NCBI GenBank assembly: GCA_036172245.1
Contig: JAYWIR010000013.1
Location: forward strand, 1-64,000
Length of the DNA: 64,000 nucleotides
Direction of reading: 5' to 3'
DNA from: Raillietiella orientalis
Lineage: Eukaryota
Made by a program: the position numbers and the translations under genes. The notes beneath the pieces were generated by a model, which worked only from the letters and a program-made list of their open reading frames with translations, searched no databases and was not told where the DNA came from. Each line of letters starts with the position of its first letter. Within the stretch, counting starts at the first letter, position 1. Of the stretch, positions 60,254-64,000 are shown one piece after another.

Positions 60254-60307
60254 TTTGAGTTGGGGTAATTTTTATCATTAACAGGGATATGCTCAGGCTG
60301 AACTCAA
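60254..60307 (-). tRNA. trnN: mt tRNA-Asn(GUU), T-armless (NUMT copy)
   Basis: Perfect acceptor TTGAGTT/AACTCAA; stem TATCC/TGATA; loop CTGTTAA. Confidence 0.65.
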
Positions 60308-60360
60308 ATTCGTAAAATTTTTATCTTGAAGGGATAATGTGTTGTTTACACTAAAAGAAC
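60308..60360 (-). tRNA. trnE: mt tRNA-Glu(UUC), T-armless (NUMT copy)
   Basis: D-arm GTGT/ACAC; stem TTATC/GATAA; loop CCTTCAA (U33 apparently mutated). Confidence 0.6.
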
Positions 60361-60415
60361 TACTCTTTATTTCTTAATAATTGGAAGCTATTTGTACTGC
60401 ATGTACTAAAAGAGT
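60361..60415 (-). tRNA. trnG: mt tRNA-Gly(UCC), T-armless (NUMT copy)
   Basis: Acceptor ACTCTTT/AAAGAGT; D-arm GTAC/GTAC; stem AATAG/TTATT; loop CTTCCAA; TV-replacement loop. Confidence 0.82.
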
Positions 60416-61002
60416 ATGTTCATAAGTATATGAATAAAAATAGGAACAATCATACAATGTCTACGAAATGCCAATGCCAGAGGGGGAGTTCGAATGATAG
60501 ATGATGAAGGTGAGTGATGGAGAGTGTAAAAATATTTGGGTTATGGATGAAGTAAGGCAGATAAGTCCGGCAAATCCGTGTAAACCGTGGAATCCTGTTG
60601 CGATGAAGAATGTTGAAGCAAAAATTGCATCTGTAACAGAGGATTCAAGTATGGAGTATTCTATGGCTTGAGTTGTGAGAAATATTAATCCAATTGTGAT
60701 AGTATTAAGTAGGGATAAAAAGGAGGAGGAATCATTTTTTTTGAAGAGAGAGTGATGTGTTGATGTTACTGAGATATCTGATCTTCGCAGGAGAATGGTG
60801 TCAAATAGAGGCACTTCTATGGCGTAGGGTAGGGCAAGATTGGGTGGAGGTCAGGAACATCTAAATTGTGGATTGACTCTTAGTATAGAACGGAAGAACG
60901 ATCAAAAGAAGGAAACGAATGAAAAAATTTCCGAGATAATAAATATGACTATAGTTTTCATTATTTTTATTGGGAGGATACCTATAAATGAGGATTCTCA
61001 TC
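60416..61002 (-). pseudogene. cox3: mt cytochrome c oxidase subunit III pseudogene (5'-truncated)
   Basis: FIISE..F.SFFW, WPP, PLFDTILL, QAIEY, STFFIATGFHGLH and WHFVDIVWLFL; frameshift near 60480. Confidence 0.93.
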
Positions 61003-62940
61003 CATGTGTCTAGGGATTCCAGTTTCCAAGCCTGGAAGTTCCTTGGTCTGCAGGAGATCCAGCTGCATCTCCCGATTGGACTACGCAGCTGTGCGAGGGG
61101 ATGGTCGGCGTTGCGGCATTGGGCTCTTGTACGCGTAGTGGACCACAAAGAAGCCAATCCTTGGCTGCACGTAGTTCTCCTCAGGAGTTCTTTTGTCGGG
61201 CAACACCAATGTTCGTTCCACCGTCGATGGTGGTGCATGAACGCCCGAAAGAGGATCTCATTCTGCAGGGTTCTGAGCGATTTGACGCCCAGACCGGCCC
61301 TGTTCTTTGGGGCACAGATGCTTTTCAGCCTGACCCTGGCCCGGCCTCCTCCCCACAACAACTTCCGAATGATGTGGTCTTCCCTCCGTTTAGCCTTCGC
61401 CGTGGGGGGGCATGAGAACAGGAGGGGTCGTAGTAGGGGAACGGCGTATGCGCTATAGATGAAGGCCCGCTCTGGCAGCATGAACCTGCCGCCTCTGAAC
61501 GGTGCCAGCGCCTTTTCTACACAATCGAGGCGTTCGGACCAGGCCTTCTCACCCGGAAAGTCTCCCAGCGGAATCCCCCGTACCTTAGGTGCTTCCGTAC
61601 TGGGATACCTAGGCGAGCCCAGTTTGAACGCCCGACCAACGATGAGTCTGACGGAACCACCGTCGACTTTGCTTCGTTGATTCTCAGGCCCGCCCTTCCT
61701 GAATGAAGTCGAAAAACACTTCGATCCTCTCGGTTGGTGTGGATTGAGGCATGAAGACGAGCAGATCGTCAGCGTAGATGGATGCACAAGCACCTTGGGA
61801 TGGAAGCTGTAGAAGGGCAATCCTGTAAGCCTTCAGTACCAGCTCAAAGTATACCGCAAAGAGCAGCGGACTGGGGCTGTCCCCTCTCGTCGAGGGGCGG
61901 ACGGGACTCCGCGCGCGCAACGGATTGGCAAAGGAGTCATCGTTCCCTGCACCTGGAACTGGCGCGCCTTGCCCTGAGTCCCGCCTTCTGGTCGCACGTC
62001 CGGAAGACTCTTTCCGGCGGTAGCGAACGGCGGACGGCACTGGCTGCAGGAAGTGGGCGGGTTCTGAGGATGCTCATTGGTTGCCTTCTGTCGAGCGGAG
62101 TGCGGGAGGCTCCGCCAATTGGAGGGTGTACTCCTGCGCTACTCTCGCGCGGTCCCCTCGGCAACGCGTCTTCCGCCGTGAGCATTTCCCATTCCCTCCC
62201 GCAAGAACGCGGATGATGGAGTTCGTGGATGCGCCCGGGAGCTCCGTCCTAGGTGGGTGCCACGGCTGTCGGGGCGCTCCCGTCCGCTGACCAAGGTTAC
62301 GCCTTCGGTTGCGGCGCGTCAACATCTTCCGTTTTGTCTTGCGGCCGCCTCGGGATGGATGCTGTCCCTGGACCCACCCTGTGTGCACGACCGGCGCTGC
62401 CTGGTGCCTGCAGTGAAGGAGCGTGAAGGGGAGCCAAGGAAGCGCGCCGTCGCGGTTCTTCGGAGCAAGTGCACCCTTCGCCCACTTGCGGCAGCGCGGT
62501 GGCCACGCACGCGACCCTGCAACTGCTCCACTAACGGCAGCGGGGACAGATGGAACGTCGGAAGTGCCTCGGAGATATGTGTGGGGGTGCAACGCCCTCG
62601 GCGACAGCGACCTGGAAGTGGCAGCAGGGGGGCATCCTCACGCAGCCGCTGATTCACCAGAAGGCTGCGCCCGACTTGCCTGTCTGGAAGAAGGTACTTG
62701 GGGACGCACCTCTTAGGAGCATCGTTCCCGACGGTGGGATGGGGCGCGGTGAGCGAACGCCTTGGAATTGATCCCGGCCGAGGGCATCGCCCCTCGGGGG
62801 ATCGCGGGATCGCCGAGGTCGCGAGGCTGGAGACCTGGGAGTTCTTCCCGTTGGGTTCCTCGAGGAGGGCGCTGGAGACTCCAGCACGGCAGGGATGCTG
62901 TCCTGCAACGCCGACTTATGCGTTCATATGCTTTTTTAGT
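61003..62940 (-). mobile_element. 5' half of the L1/Tx1-like LINE split by the NUMT (RT and post-RT)
   Basis: GDSPSPLLFAV, IYADDLLVF, IRKLLWGGGRARVRLKSICAPKNRAGLG and SWISCRP. Confidence 0.85.
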
Positions 62941-62949
62941 TGGCCCAGC

Positions 62950-63700
62950 GTTGATTGACAGCTAGTTCCGTCTTGCTGCACGGATAAACCTATAATCTTC
63001 AAATCTTGGATTCCATTTGTGTAAAAAAAGCTTGAGACAAGATGACAAAATGTCGAAAGTCGGACACATATCCCCCGGGGGCTGCATGGCCGGTTCCATT
63101 CCTTGACTGTGCCTTGTCGTTCTGCCTGGTTGAGAGATCGTTGCAAGAGATCTGCAGGATAGCGCGTGAAACCCTGAGTGTATGCAAGTGCCACAGTAGA
63201 CGCATAGTTCGCTTGGTTACAGGGGTTTTGCAAAGTTGCGGGATGAAGAGGTGTGTGAATCTGCAAGCAGGTCGTTGGTGAATCACTTCTTCTGACATCA
63301 GCCTTTCGCAGTCTGGTACCTGTCCTTCCATGCCCTGCATATCGACCGAATGTTTTCACCCGATTTTTGTTTCCGCCGGCTCGGCGATGATGCCCATTGC
63401 CAATCTATCGTGCAACTCCAACGCGCACGCAGTTTGTGGGGCTCGAACGAACCAGCGGATGGCTGGAATGACTTCGACGCTGCCGCGCCGAGTTACCGTC
63501 GCGGAGTCGGATTCCGACTGGGATGCCAGAGCAGGCTGCTGTCCAAGATCAATTGCCGACAGCAGACGCTGAGCCTAGAGCATCCCACCTACAGATTGCA
63601 GACCCAAAGTTTAAAGGAACAAGCTGTAAGGTTATCTTGGAAAACGAACTAAAAGGCAGCAACCCTCAGATGAAAAGATGTTTTTTTGGAGGTTTCACGG
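62950..63700 (-). mobile_element. Decayed RT fragment of another non-LTR element
   Basis: KTFGR (AFD-like), YTQG..YP, GYVSD (YADD-like) and IGLSV in RT order. Confidence 0.35.
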
Positions 63701-64000
63701 CGATGTCCGGATCCTTTGCAGGAGTAATGCGGTCCACTGAACTGGAGGAGCTACAGAATGACTCACTGCTCTTCACCCACTGTACTACTCGTAAGCTCGT
63801 ACCATTGATTCGCGCCACTGTCTATCGAGACGGGCAGATCTCGATGAGGAAGCTTCCAGTGCTGAAATCCGCGTCAAGAGTGCACACCAGAGGGTCCCCA
63901 CAGCTACAAGCAGATTGCATAGGTCGGCAATCACCGGAAAGAAACACCGTGATCGTCTCTGTATGCGATTCCGATGGTTCAATCCACGTTGCTGTCAACA

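Larger units (their letters stand above)
59323..61002 (-). pseudogene. NUMT (nuclear copy of mitochondrial DNA): cox3-G-E-N-(F)-A-S1-nad3-R-unassigned-(nad5 3' end?)
   Basis: Abrupt AT-rich, strand-skewed block; cox3 and nad3 readable with TGA=Trp; seven mitochondrial-type truncated tRNAs; frameshifts and substitutions at conserved sites. Confidence 0.92.

Noticed and set aside
60308..60360. tRNA-Trp(UCA) reading
   Set aside because: The TTATC/GATAA stem centres TTC, not TCA, in the 7-nt loop.
59323..61002. Authentic mitochondrial contig misjoined into the assembly
   Set aside because: Frameshifts and substitutions at conserved residues, plus collinear LINE halves on both sides, favour an old nuclear insertion; read-level confirmation is still needed.

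Overview
This is eukaryotic (invertebrate animal, most likely arthropod) nuclear DNA, not prokaryotic. Two intact spliced genes could be assembled by hand. (1) A 15-exon, 699-aa aminopeptidase-P (M24B, XPNPEP2-like) gene on + (19519-28516) has a signal peptide and a GPI-type tail but lacks two of five metal ligands and two substrate histidines, so it is a probable pseudo-peptidase. (2) A 9-exon, 415-aa pepsin-family (cathepsin D/E-like) aspartic protease on - (45170-51173) has both DTG motifs. Most remaining sequence is decayed non-LTR retrotransposon debris: about 20 L1/Tx1-like fragments, several ending in a shared AATAAA + hairpin, and two restriction-like-endonuclease (NeSL/Utopia-like) fragments. 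The window also holds seven pieces of a ~0.8-kb tRNA-headed SINE-like repeat, with a histone H2B pseudogene between a tail piece and a head piece. A ~1.7-kb mitochondrial insertion (NUMT: cox3, seven truncated tRNAs, nad3, rearranged order) sits inside one LINE copy. There is also a higher-order minisatellite and several perfect hairpins. Transposon boundaries are approximate, read by eye from degenerate motifs; no database searches were run.
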